The notes below the pieces were generated by a model, which made no database searches, had not been told where the DNA came from, and saw only the letters and a program-made list of their open reading frames with translations. A stretch of 64,000 bases of DNA, taken from contig JAJVIG010000002.1 of assembly GCA_022072145.1 (NCBI GenBank), positions 7,517 through 71,516 of the forward strand, given 5' to 3'. The number at the start of each line of letters is the position of its first letter. Positions within the stretch are counted from its first letter, which is position 1. A program made the position numbers and the translations under genes. Of the stretch, positions 37,437-45,301 are shown piece by piece. The DNA comes from Pseudomonadales bacterium (GTDB lineage Bacteria; Pseudomonadota; Gammaproteobacteria; Pseudomonadales; UBA5518).

Positions 37437-37578
37437 AGCCGAACAATGCATGTCCGGGCACATCCACAACAACTTCCGTTCGCTCCTGCAGTGGCGGCCG
37501 GTGGATTCCGCGCGCATCATCGACAGCAACTGCGGGTGGGTGTTCATCCGCTCGTCACAACGTGAGCAGGAGGGTCTG

Positions 37579-38037
37579 ATGAGTGTCAGGGGTATCAACC
37601 GGATCATCGTGGCGGTGCGGGACATCGAAGCTGCCAGACGCTATTACCACGATCTGCTGGGCGCCGAGTTTCGCGAGGCGAACTGGACCGGGGCGCCGTT
37701 CGGCATCGCCGTTGCCATTGCCTGGAACGTCGGCATCGAGTTGTGCGCCCCGTTGCCGGGGCGCGAGCGCGACAGCGCGGTGTCGGGTTTTCTGGCGCAG
37801 CACGGCGAGGGGGTCATGAACGTCTATTTCGACACGGACGATGCCGAGTCGGCGCTGGAGCGGGCAACCACCTGTGGCGTTGCCTGTCAGCACGCGCTGG
37901 ATTACAGCCAGGCGGAGATCGATGCGCATCTGGGCGGACTGTTCCGCCGTTACCAGGAGTTCGTGCTCGGAACCGCTGCACAGTGCGGATTCGGTATCTC
38001 TCTGGCGCGCATCGAACCCAAGGCATCGACAGGCTGA
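37579..38037 (+). CDS. VOC (glyoxalase/bleomycin-resistance/dioxygenase) family protein
   Basis: It starts MSVRGINRIIVAVRDIEAARRYYHDLLGAEF with AGGAGGG upstream. The first 93 codons of the listed ORF are a translation of the REP array. Confidence 0.8.
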   Translation: MSVRGINRIIVAVRDIEAARRYYHDLLGAEFREANWTGAPFGIAVAIAWNVGIELCAPLPGRERDSAVSGFLAQHGEGVMNVYFDTDDAESALERATTCGVACQHALDYSQAEIDAHLGGLFRRYQEFVLGTAAQCGFGISLARIEPKASTG

Positions 38038-38049
38038 TCGCCTTTCCGC

Positions 38050-38110
38050 GCAGGTTCGGCCTGTGGCCGAACAGGGTTTGCCGAAATGTCCGGGCACAGC
38101 CCGGACCTAC
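38050..38110. repeat. REP doublet: type B (38050-38072, GCAG head variant) and inverted type A (38088-38110)
   Basis: The sequence reads GCAGGTTCGGCCTGTGGCCGAAC, then 15 nt, then GTCCGGGCACAGCCCGGACCTAC. It lies between the convergent VOC and USP genes. The CTA at 38107-38109 is the complement of the USP TAG stop. Confidence 0.85.
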
Positions 38111-38985
38111 ATGGCGACCAGGACGTCGCAGGTGGATTCGGCGAGCAGGTGCAGCGTGACGCTGCCGAGCAGCAGGTCCTCGGCGAGGTTCTTGCCGTGC
38201 TTGCCGACGACGACCAGGTCCGCGCCGATCGCCCGCGACACCTCGTGCAGCGCGCTGGGGATATGCTCGGCACTGCTCACGGTCGCGTGCAGCCGCGCGG
38301 GATCGACTCCGGACGCCGCGACGAAGCGGTGCATCTGCTCGAGCGCATCGGCGTGCGCGCGCCGGCGGTATTCCTCGATCTTCTCGTCCCCGAGCCCGGC
38401 GAATTGCAGCATGCCTTCGAACGGCACTTCGTAGATGTGGCGCAGGTGGATCGTCGCGGTGGGCGCGACCATGCACGCCAGCGCGAGCGCACGCGCCGCG
38501 TGCGCCGAAAAATCGGTGGCCACCAGCACGTTGCGGTAGTCCGCGGCTGCCTCGCGGCGCACGACCAGCAGCGGCGTGTGCGTGCGCCGCAGCAGGTGCT
38601 CCGCGGTGGTGCCGATCGCGAAGTCGCGCAGCGGGTGGCATCCGCGGGCTCCGAGCACGAGCAGCGTGGCGCGCGCGGCTTCCTCGCGCACCAGCTGGTC
38701 CACGCTGCCGATGCGTGCGCCAGCCTCGAATTCGAAGCCGAAGCGTTCGGCGAGCGTGTGAGCCACCTGGTGCAGCCGCGCGCCGGTTGCGGCCAGCAGT
38801 TCCTGTTCGCGCTCGGCCGGCAGGTCGAGCAGTCGCCGCAAGCTGTCGATCCACGACTGCTGGATCACGTGCAGCAGCCGGCCGCGTGCGAACACGCCTG
38901 CGGCGCCCAGCCGGGCTGCGCGCTCGGCGGCGCGCTGTGCGTCGGCCGAGAAATCGGTGGCGACGAGGACGCTCCGCTCCCTCAT
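38107..38985 (-). CDS. Tandem-domain universal stress protein (UspA family)
   Basis: It has two USP halves (MRERSVLVATDFSADAQRAAERAA... and YRNVLVATDFSAHAARALALA...). ATP-binding-type GxxG...S/T tails are present (LVLGARGCHPLRDFAIGTTAEHLL and VVVGKHGKNLAEDLLLGSVTLHLL). Confidence 0.88.
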   Translation of the reverse strand: MRERSVLVATDFSADAQRAAERAARLGAAGVFARGRLLHVIQQSWIDSLRRLLDLPAEREQELLAATGARLHQVAHTLAERFGFEFEAGARIGSVDQLVREEAARATLLVLGARGCHPLRDFAIGTTAEHLLRRTHTPLLVVRREAAADYRNVLVATDFSAHAARALALACMVAPTATIHLRHIYEVPFEGMLQFAGLGDEKIEEYRRRAHADALEQMHRFVAASGVDPARLHATVSSAEHIPSALHEVSRAIGADLVVVGKHGKNLAEDLLLGSVTLHLLAESTCDVLVAM

Positions 38986-40952
38986 ATCGTTTCCTCCACC
39001 CGGCGCAATCCCGCCGGCGATCCGAACAGCACCAGCGCATCGCCGGCCGCGAGCAGCGTCTGCGGCGACGGCTCCGCGGCGCGCACGCCGTTCCTGACCA
39101 GCGCGTTCACCGTGACCTCGCCGAGTTCGAGTTCCTCGAGCCGGCGGCCCACCGCGCGGCTGCCCGCGACGATGACCACGGTGTGCAGGCGCTCACCGTC
39201 CTGAGTCGCGGCGTCCTCCGTCATCGAGCTCGGCGGAAATATGCCGCGCAGCAGCCGGTAGCGCGAATCGTACTGCTCGATCATGCGCCGGGCGAGCCGC
39301 GAACGCGGCACCCCGAGCAGCGCCAGCGCGTGCACCGCGATCATCAGGCTCGCCTCGAGTGTCTCGGCGACGATCTCGGTCGCACCGGCCTCGCGCAACT
39401 CGGTGGAATGACGCTCGTCGCGCGTGCGCACCATGACCGGCAACGTGGGTCGCAGCGCGCGTGCCTGGCGCAGGATGCCGAGCGCGATCGGCAGATCCTC
39501 CTGCGTGATCACCAGCAGCCGCGCCGTGTCGATGCCGGCGGCGACCAGGATGTCGCGTTCGGCGGCATCGCCGTAGAAGACCTTCTCGCCGGCCGCATAG
39601 GCCTCGCGCGTGCGTCCGGGGTCGAGGTCGAGCGCGACGAAGCCGATGTGTTCGGCATCGAGCAGGCGCGCCACGCCCTGTCCGATGCGCCCGTAACCGC
39701 AGATCACCACGTGCTCGCCCGACGGTACGGCAAGTTCGATCGCTCCGGGCGTCGGCGCCGGCGGCGTGTCGCCATCGCGTGCGGTGCGCGCGAGGGCCCG
39801 TGCGATCGCGTGGTTGTGGCGGATCAGCAGCGGCGCCAGCACGATCGAGAACAGCACCGAGGCCAGTGCGATCTGCGCCGGCTGCGTGTCGATCACGCCG
39901 TTCTCGAGTGCGATCGCGAGCAGCGCGAAGCCGAATTCGCCGCCCACCGCCAGCAGCAGACCGACGCGACAGGCCTCCCTCCAGTCGCTGCCCGCGGCAC
40001 GCACGATTGCCGCGACCAGCAGCGTCTTGACCGCCAGCAGCGTGGCTGCGCCGAGCAGCGCAAGGTGCCAGATCCCGCCCAGCGAGAACGGATCGAAGAT
40101 CATCCCGATGCCGACGAAGAACAGGCCGAGCAGTACATCGCGGAACGGCCGCACCGTGGACTCCACCTGATGGCGGAACTCGGTTTCCCCGAGCATCATG
40201 CCGGCGAGAAACGCACCGAAGGCCATCGACAGGCCGAAGGCGCTGGTCGTCCAGGCCGCAGCGAGCGAGACCAGCAGCACGGTCAGTGTGAAGGTGTCGG
40301 CCGAGCGCTGCTCGGCGACCAGGTGGAACAACGGGCGCAGCAGCCAGCGGCCTGCCACGAAGATCAGCGCGAACGCCACCGCCGCCTTCGCCAGCGCCAG
40401 TCCCAGTGCACCGCCCAGTGTGACGAATCCGGTGCCCACCGCCAGCACCGGGAACACCACCACGAACGGCACGGCCGTGACGTCCTGGAACACCGACATC
40501 GCGATGCCGAGGCGGGCGTGGCGCGAGTGTTCCTCGCCCTGTTCGGCCAGTTGCCGGCTGATCACGGTGGTCGAGGACTGCGCGAACACGGCGCCGACCA
40601 CGAAGGCCGCGGCCGGCGGCAGGCCGAACAGCCAGGCGCCGATGCCGATCACGACCGTCGTCAGCGCGACCTGCGCGGTGCCCGGCCACAGCACCTGGTG
40701 GCGCAGTGCGTGGATCTGCGGCATCGAGAAGTTCAGGCCGATGGTGAACAGCAGGAACACGATGCCGAATTCCGCCAGTGCACGGATCGGTGCGACGTCG
40801 ATCACGGGGCCCGGCGTGTGCGCGCCGAACAGCACGCCGACCAGCAGGTACGCGAGGCTGGACGGGATGTTCAGACGGCGGAACGCCAGCACGCCCACCA
40901 CTGCCGCGGCGAGCAGCAACAGCATGGGAGCGAAGAAGCCTCCGATCGTCAT
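38982..40952 (-). CDS. CPA2-family K+/H+ antiporter (Kef-type) with TrkA_N and TrkA_C regulatory domains
   Basis: It has an N-terminal Na_H exchanger membrane domain, the Rossmann motif VVICGYGRIGQGVARLL and a C-terminal TrkA_C domain. Its stop overlaps the USP start in an ATGA junction. Confidence 0.88.
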   Translation of the reverse strand: MTIGGFFAPMLLLLAAAVVGVLAFRRLNIPSSLAYLLVGVLFGAHTPGPVIDVAPIRALAEFGIVFLLFTIGLNFSMPQIHALRHQVLWPGTAQVALTTVVIGIGAWLFGLPPAAAFVVGAVFAQSSTTVISRQLAEQGEEHSRHARLGIAMSVFQDVTAVPFVVVFPVLAVGTGFVTLGGALGLALAKAAVAFALIFVAGRWLLRPLFHLVAEQRSADTFTLTVLLVSLAAAWTTSAFGLSMAFGAFLAGMMLGETEFRHQVESTVRPFRDVLLGLFFVGIGMIFDPFSLGGIWHLALLGAATLLAVKTLLVAAIVRAAGSDWREACRVGLLLAVGGEFGFALLAIALENGVIDTQPAQIALASVLFSIVLAPLLIRHNHAIARALARTARDGDTPPAPTPGAIELAVPSGEHVVICGYGRIGQGVARLLDAEHIGFVALDLDPGRTREAYAAGEKVFYGDAAERDILVAAGIDTARLLVITQEDLPIALGILRQARALRPTLPVMVRTRDERHSTELREAGATEIVAETLEASLMIAVHALALLGVPRSRLARRMIEQYDSRYRLLRGIFPPSSMTEDAATQDGERLHTVVIVAGSRAVGRRLEELELGEVTVNALVRNGVRAAEPSPQTLLAAGDALVLFGSPAGLRRVEETI

Positions 40953-41004
40953 GATCGTCGCAGGACCATCGAGGCGCGCGCGCCGGTGGCGCTCGCGCGG
41001 GGCC

Positions 41005-41256
41005 TCAGTTGCGGCGGATAGCGCGGTAGACGACGAGCAGCAGCACCGCGCCCAGCGTCGCGACGAAGATGCTCGCGGGATTGAAGCCGCTCACGGCGCC
41101 GATGCCGAGCGCGGAACCGATGTAGCCGCCGACGAAGGCGCCGCCGATGCCGAGCGCGACCGTGATCACGAAGCCGCCGGGATCCTTGCCGGGCATGATG
41201 AACTTCGCCAGCACGCCCACGATCAGGCCCATCACGATCCACGACAGAATGCCCAT
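41005..41256 (-). CDS. GlsB/YeaQ/YmgE-family stress membrane protein
   Basis: The 83-aa protein MGILSWIVMGLIVGVLAKFIMPGKDPGGFVITVALGIGGAFVGGYIG is the family signature. GGAGGAG precedes ATG 41256. Confidence 0.85.
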   Translation of the reverse strand: MGILSWIVMGLIVGVLAKFIMPGKDPGGFVITVALGIGGAFVGGYIGSALGIGAVSGFNPASIFVATLGAVLLLVVYRAIRRN

Positions 41257-41343
41257 GGCGACGCTCCTCCGCATCGATTGACTACCGGTACGCTATAGGC
41301 AATGCAACGTCGGTGCAAGGCGGGCACCGGCTCCGGCTCCGGT

Positions 41344-42927
41344 TCAGGCCACAGGCTCCGCGATCACCAGCGCCGGGGTGTCGTGGCGCAGCGTTTCGCC
41401 GCGGAAGAAGGCCGGTGCGCGCAGTCGCCACGCGAGCATCAGCAGCGCGCCGATGCCGAGGATGCCGACGCCGATCGCGAACACGGTGCCCACGCCGAGG
41501 ATCGCGCCGCCGCTGCCGTAGGCCGGGTCGAAGGTCGCGGCGCTGAGTTTCAGGAACATCGCGGCCAGCATCGTGCCGCCGGCCAGCGGCAGCAGCCCTT
41601 TGGTGACCAGCGGTGCGAGTCCCAGCCGGTACTCGTGGCGGAAGTACCACGCGCAGGCGAACGCGGTCAGGCCGTAGTAGAAGCAGATCATCAGTCCCAG
41701 CGACTCGACCGTGTCGGCCAGCACGTTCTCGCTGAGCACCGTCATCGCTGCGTAGAAGAGCGCGGTCAGTACCCCGGAGACGATCGTCGCGCGCGAGGGG
41801 ACGCGGTGCACCGGGTGGATCTCGGCGAACATCCCCGGCAGCGCGCCATAGACGCTCATTGCGAGCAGCGTGCGCGCCGCCGGGATGAAGGTGGTCTGCA
41901 GGCTGGACGCGGCACTGGCGAGCACCGCCGCATACAGCAGCAGGCGCAGCAGCCCGTCGCCCATCACGGGGACCGCGAGCGCCTCGAACACGTTGTCCTG
42001 CGTGGCGTCGGCGCGCAACCCGATGCCGGTGTCGCCGACGCCGGCGAACATCTGGGTCGAAATGGCGACCAGCACGTAGGTGCCGGCCAGCATGACCAGC
42101 GAGGCCAGCGCGGCCAGCGCCGGCGTGCGCTCGCTGCCGCTGGTTTCCTCGTTCGCCGACAGGCTGACGTCCCAGCCCCAGTAAATGAAGATCGACAGCG
42201 ACAGCCCCGCGGCGAGCGCGGCCGCCGACGGGATTTCGAATGGATTCAGCCAGCGCCACTCGAACGCGAGCGCGCCCGGTGCAGCGCTCGCGCTCGCCTT
42301 GTCCAGCGCGAGCGCGCAGAACAGCAGCAGCACCACCATCTGGAACGTCACCAGCACGTAGGTCACGCGCTTGGCCGTGATCATGCCGCGCCAGGCCACC
42401 CAGGTGGCCAGCGCGACGAACACCGCGGTGGTAGCCACGTTGACGGCGCGGCTGGTGCCGAAGTCGCGGATCACGGGGTCGTCGAACAGCGCGCCGAGGA
42501 ACAGGTAGAAGTACGTCGCGGCGATACCGGCGGTGTTCGACAGCACGATCACGGTGGCGATGATCAGCCCCCAGCCGCACATCCAGCCGCTGTAGGGGCC
42601 GAAGGCCTTCACGGTCCACGTGAACGAGGTGCCGGCGTCGGGAATGACGCGGTTCAGCGCGCGGTAGCCGAAGGCCACCAGCAGCATCGGGACGAATCCG
42701 GCCAGGAACACCGCCGGCATCTGCACGCCGACTTCGCGCACCGTCGGGCCCAGTGCGGCGGCCAGCGCGTAAACCGGCGCCACGCAGGACACCGCCATCG
42801 CGGTGCTGCCCCCGAGTCCGATCGAGTCGTGACGCAGCCCCTTGTCGAGCAGATCGGGCTCGCCGCGGTAGTGCGGATCGTGCGCGGTGATCGGGGCGCT
42901 CGCAGGGACTCCGGCCTCACCGTTCAC
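41344..42927 (-). CDS. APC-superfamily amino acid/polyamine permease
   Basis: It is a 12-TM protein with APC-type N-terminal blocks (GLGGSTAMAVSCVAPVY, AGTSFTWTVKAFGP). The start is GTG with GGAGGG 7 nt upstream. It begins 35 nt downstream of the aminotransferase gene. Confidence 0.82.
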   Translation of the reverse strand: MNGEAGVPASAPITAHDPHYRGEPDLLDKGLRHDSIGLGGSTAMAVSCVAPVYALAAALGPTVREVGVQMPAVFLAGFVPMLLVAFGYRALNRVIPDAGTSFTWTVKAFGPYSGWMCGWGLIIATVIVLSNTAGIAATYFYLFLGALFDDPVIRDFGTSRAVNVATTAVFVALATWVAWRGMITAKRVTYVLVTFQMVVLLLFCALALDKASASAAPGALAFEWRWLNPFEIPSAAALAAGLSLSIFIYWGWDVSLSANEETSGSERTPALAALASLVMLAGTYVLVAISTQMFAGVGDTGIGLRADATQDNVFEALAVPVMGDGLLRLLLYAAVLASAASSLQTTFIPAARTLLAMSVYGALPGMFAEIHPVHRVPSRATIVSGVLTALFYAAMTVLSENVLADTVESLGLMICFYYGLTAFACAWYFRHEYRLGLAPLVTKGLLPLAGGTMLAAMFLKLSAATFDPAYGSGGAILGVGTVFAIGVGILGIGALLMLAWRLRAPAFFRGETLRHDTPALVIAEPVA

Positions 42928-42962
42928 ATCGCGTCCCTCCGTGGCGCCCTCGCGCTCGCGTA

Positions 42963-44327
42963 TCAGACCCCGCGCAACTCGCGCTCGGCCTGGTCGAGCG
43001 CCTTGTGTGCGCGTTCGACCAGCAGGTCGATCTCGGCCGTAGTGCAGATCAGCGGCGGCGCGATGATCATCGAATCACCGGTGGCGCGCATCACCAGGCC
43101 GTGGTCGAGGCTCGCCTGGCGGCACACCATGCCGGCGCGCCCGGACGGCTGGAAGCGCTCGCGGGTGCGCTTGTCCTTCACGAGCTCCAGCGCGCCGAAC
43201 AACCCCAGCGTGCGCGCCTCGCCGACCAGCGGATGCTCCGCGAGCCCGGCCCAGCGCCGCGCGAGGTGCGGGGCCGCGACGCGCTCGACGTGATCCAGCA
43301 CGTTCTCCGCGCGCAGGATCGCCAGTGTCGCCAGCCCGGCCGCGCACGATGCCGGATGTCCCGAGTAGGTGAAGCCGTGGCCGAACTCCCCGCCGCCGGT
43401 GGTCAGCACCCGCGCCACGCGCTCGCCCACCAGCACGCCACCGAGCGGCTGGTAGCCGTTGGTGACTCCCTTCGCGAAGGTGATCAGGTCGGGTTCGAGC
43501 CCGTAGTGCGTCGCGCCGAACCATTTGCCGGTGCGCCCGAAGCCGCAGATCACCTCGTCCATCGCGAGCAGGATGTCGTATTTCGCCAGTATTCGCCGCA
43601 CTTCGGGCCAGTAGGTCTCGGGCGGGATGATCACGCCGCCGGCGCCCTGGATCGGCTCGGCGATGAATGCCGCGACATTGTCCGCGCCGAGTTCACCGAT
43701 CTTCGCCTCCAGCGCGCGTGCCGCCTCGAGGCCGAACTCCTCGCGCGACATCCCGGCGCCCTCGCCGTACCAGTACGGCTGGCGGATGTGCGTGACCCAC
43801 GGCAGCACGTCGAACTGCCGGTGCATGAAGCCCATGCCGCCCAGGCTGGCGCCGGCGATGGTACTGCCGTGATAGGCGTTGGCGCGGCTGATGATCCAGC
43901 GCTTCGACGGCTTTTCGCGCAGGTCCCAGTAGCGGCGCACCATGCGCACCACGGTGTCGTTGCCCTCGCTGCCGGAGTTGGTGAAGAACACGTGGTTCAT
44001 GTGCGCCGGGGCGAGTTCCGCCAGCACGCGGGCGAGTTCGATCGAGGGCGGGTGCGCGCACTGGAAGAAGTTGTTGTAGAACGGCAATTCGCGCAGCTGG
44101 CGTGCGACCGCGTCGATGATCTCCCCGCGGCTGTAGCCGAGGTTGCAGCACCACAGCCCGGACATGCCGTCGAGGTACTCGCGCGCGTCGGCGTCGCGGA
44201 TGTAGATGTGGTGTGCGCCGGTGATCACCCGCGTGCCGCGCTCCGCGAGGTCGTGGAAGTCGGTGAACGGGTGCAGGTGGTGTGCGCGATCGAGCTCCTG
44301 CCAGCGCGCCTTCGCGGTGTTCGTCAT
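42963..44327 (-). CDS. Class III (omega) aminotransferase, SpuC-like putrescine/beta-alanine--pyruvate aminotransferase
   Basis: The N-terminal blocks HHLHPFTDFHDL, GMSGLWCCNLGYSR, FYNNFFQCAHPP and NHVFFTNSGSEGNDT resemble SpuC-type enzymes. Confidence 0.82.
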   Translation of the reverse strand: MTNTAKARWQELDRAHHLHPFTDFHDLAERGTRVITGAHHIYIRDADAREYLDGMSGLWCCNLGYSRGEIIDAVARQLRELPFYNNFFQCAHPPSIELARVLAELAPAHMNHVFFTNSGSEGNDTVVRMVRRYWDLREKPSKRWIISRANAYHGSTIAGASLGGMGFMHRQFDVLPWVTHIRQPYWYGEGAGMSREEFGLEAARALEAKIGELGADNVAAFIAEPIQGAGGVIIPPETYWPEVRRILAKYDILLAMDEVICGFGRTGKWFGATHYGLEPDLITFAKGVTNGYQPLGGVLVGERVARVLTTGGGEFGHGFTYSGHPASCAAGLATLAILRAENVLDHVERVAAPHLARRWAGLAEHPLVGEARTLGLFGALELVKDKRTRERFQPSGRAGMVCRQASLDHGLVMRATGDSMIIAPPLICTTAEIDLLVERAHKALDQAERELRGV

Positions 44328-44434
44328 GATGCCTTGCCGGTAACTTCCATGGTTAGAATGGGAACATCGCGCCCTGGCAGTGTCAACGAAGTTACCCCGC
44401 GAGGGGTAGAGCGGAGCAGGAGGTTCGAGCAGCG

Positions 44435-45301
44435 ATGGCGATCGACGGCATTCCGGTGGTGGGGATTCCCTGCGACGTGTTCGAGCGCGGCCTGCACCCG
44501 TTCCACGGCGTCGGCGAGAAGTACATCGATGCGGTGGCGCACGGCGCGCAGGCGCTGCCCCTGCTGTTGCCGGCCACCGGCGGGGGGCGCGACCTCGCGC
44601 CGCTGTCGGAGCTGATGCCGCTCGCGGCGCTGCTCGATGCGCTCGACGGGCTGTTCCTGCCCGGAAGCCCGTCGAACGTCGAACCGCAGCGCTACGCCGG
44701 AGCCCCCAGCGTGCCGGGCACCCTGCACGACCCGCAGCGCGACGCCGGCACGCTGGATCTGATCCCGCTCGCGATCGCGCGCGGCGTGCCGCTGCTGTGC
44801 GTCTGTCGCGGCATGCAGGAACTCAACGTCGCGCTCGGCGGCACGCTGCACCAGCGCGTACAGGAGGTGGCGGGAATGCGCGATCACCGCGCCAGCGACC
44901 ACCACGACCGCGAACGTCAGTACGCCCCCGTGCATCCGGTGGCGGTCGAGCCGGGCGGTGTGTTCGAGCAACTGCTGGGTCCGGCGCCGTTCGCGGTCAA
45001 CTCGCTGCACGCGCAGGGGATCGATCGCCTGGCGCCGGGGCTGCGCGTGGAGGCGCGCGCACCGGATGGACTGGTGGAGGCCGTGAGCGTGATCGGCGCG
45101 CCGGCCTTCGCCGTCGGCGTGCAGTGGCATCCGGAATGGCGTTTCCGCGAGCACGCCGCCAGCGTGAAATTGTTCGCTGCCTTCGGTGCCGCGATGCGGT
45201 CGCGCAATGCCGCCAGAACTGCTAGAACTACCTCTGGCGGGGTATTGCCCGCCTGCGCCGGCAAGGGACAATCGGCCGCTATGGCCGCTCCAGGAGGGTG
45301 A
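44435..45301 (+). CDS. puuD: Gamma-glutamyl-gamma-aminobutyrate hydrolase family (PuuD-like, peptidase C26 glutamine amidotransferase)
   Basis: It has the nucleophile-elbow motif LLCVCRGMQELNVALGG and a catalytic His region VQWHPEW. The start is preceded by GGAGCAGGAGG. Confidence 0.82.
   Translation: MAIDGIPVVGIPCDVFERGLHPFHGVGEKYIDAVAHGAQALPLLLPATGGGRDLAPLSELMPLAALLDALDGLFLPGSPSNVEPQRYAGAPSVPGTLHDPQRDAGTLDLIPLAIARGVPLLCVCRGMQELNVALGGTLHQRVQEVAGMRDHRASDHHDRERQYAPVHPVAVEPGGVFEQLLGPAPFAVNSLHAQGIDRLAPGLRVEARAPDGLVEAVSVIGAPAFAVGVQWHPEWRFREHAASVKLFAAFGAAMRSRNAARTARTTSGGVLPACAGKGQSAAMAAPGG

Noticed and set aside
44350-44375. An imperfect inverted repeat (CTTCCATGGTTAGAATGGGAAC) in the divergent promoter between the aminotransferase and puuD, considered as a PuuR-type operator.
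   Set aside because: The two arms match only partly (ATGGAAG versus ATGGGAA) and no regulator gene is adjacent. The evidence is too weak for a call.
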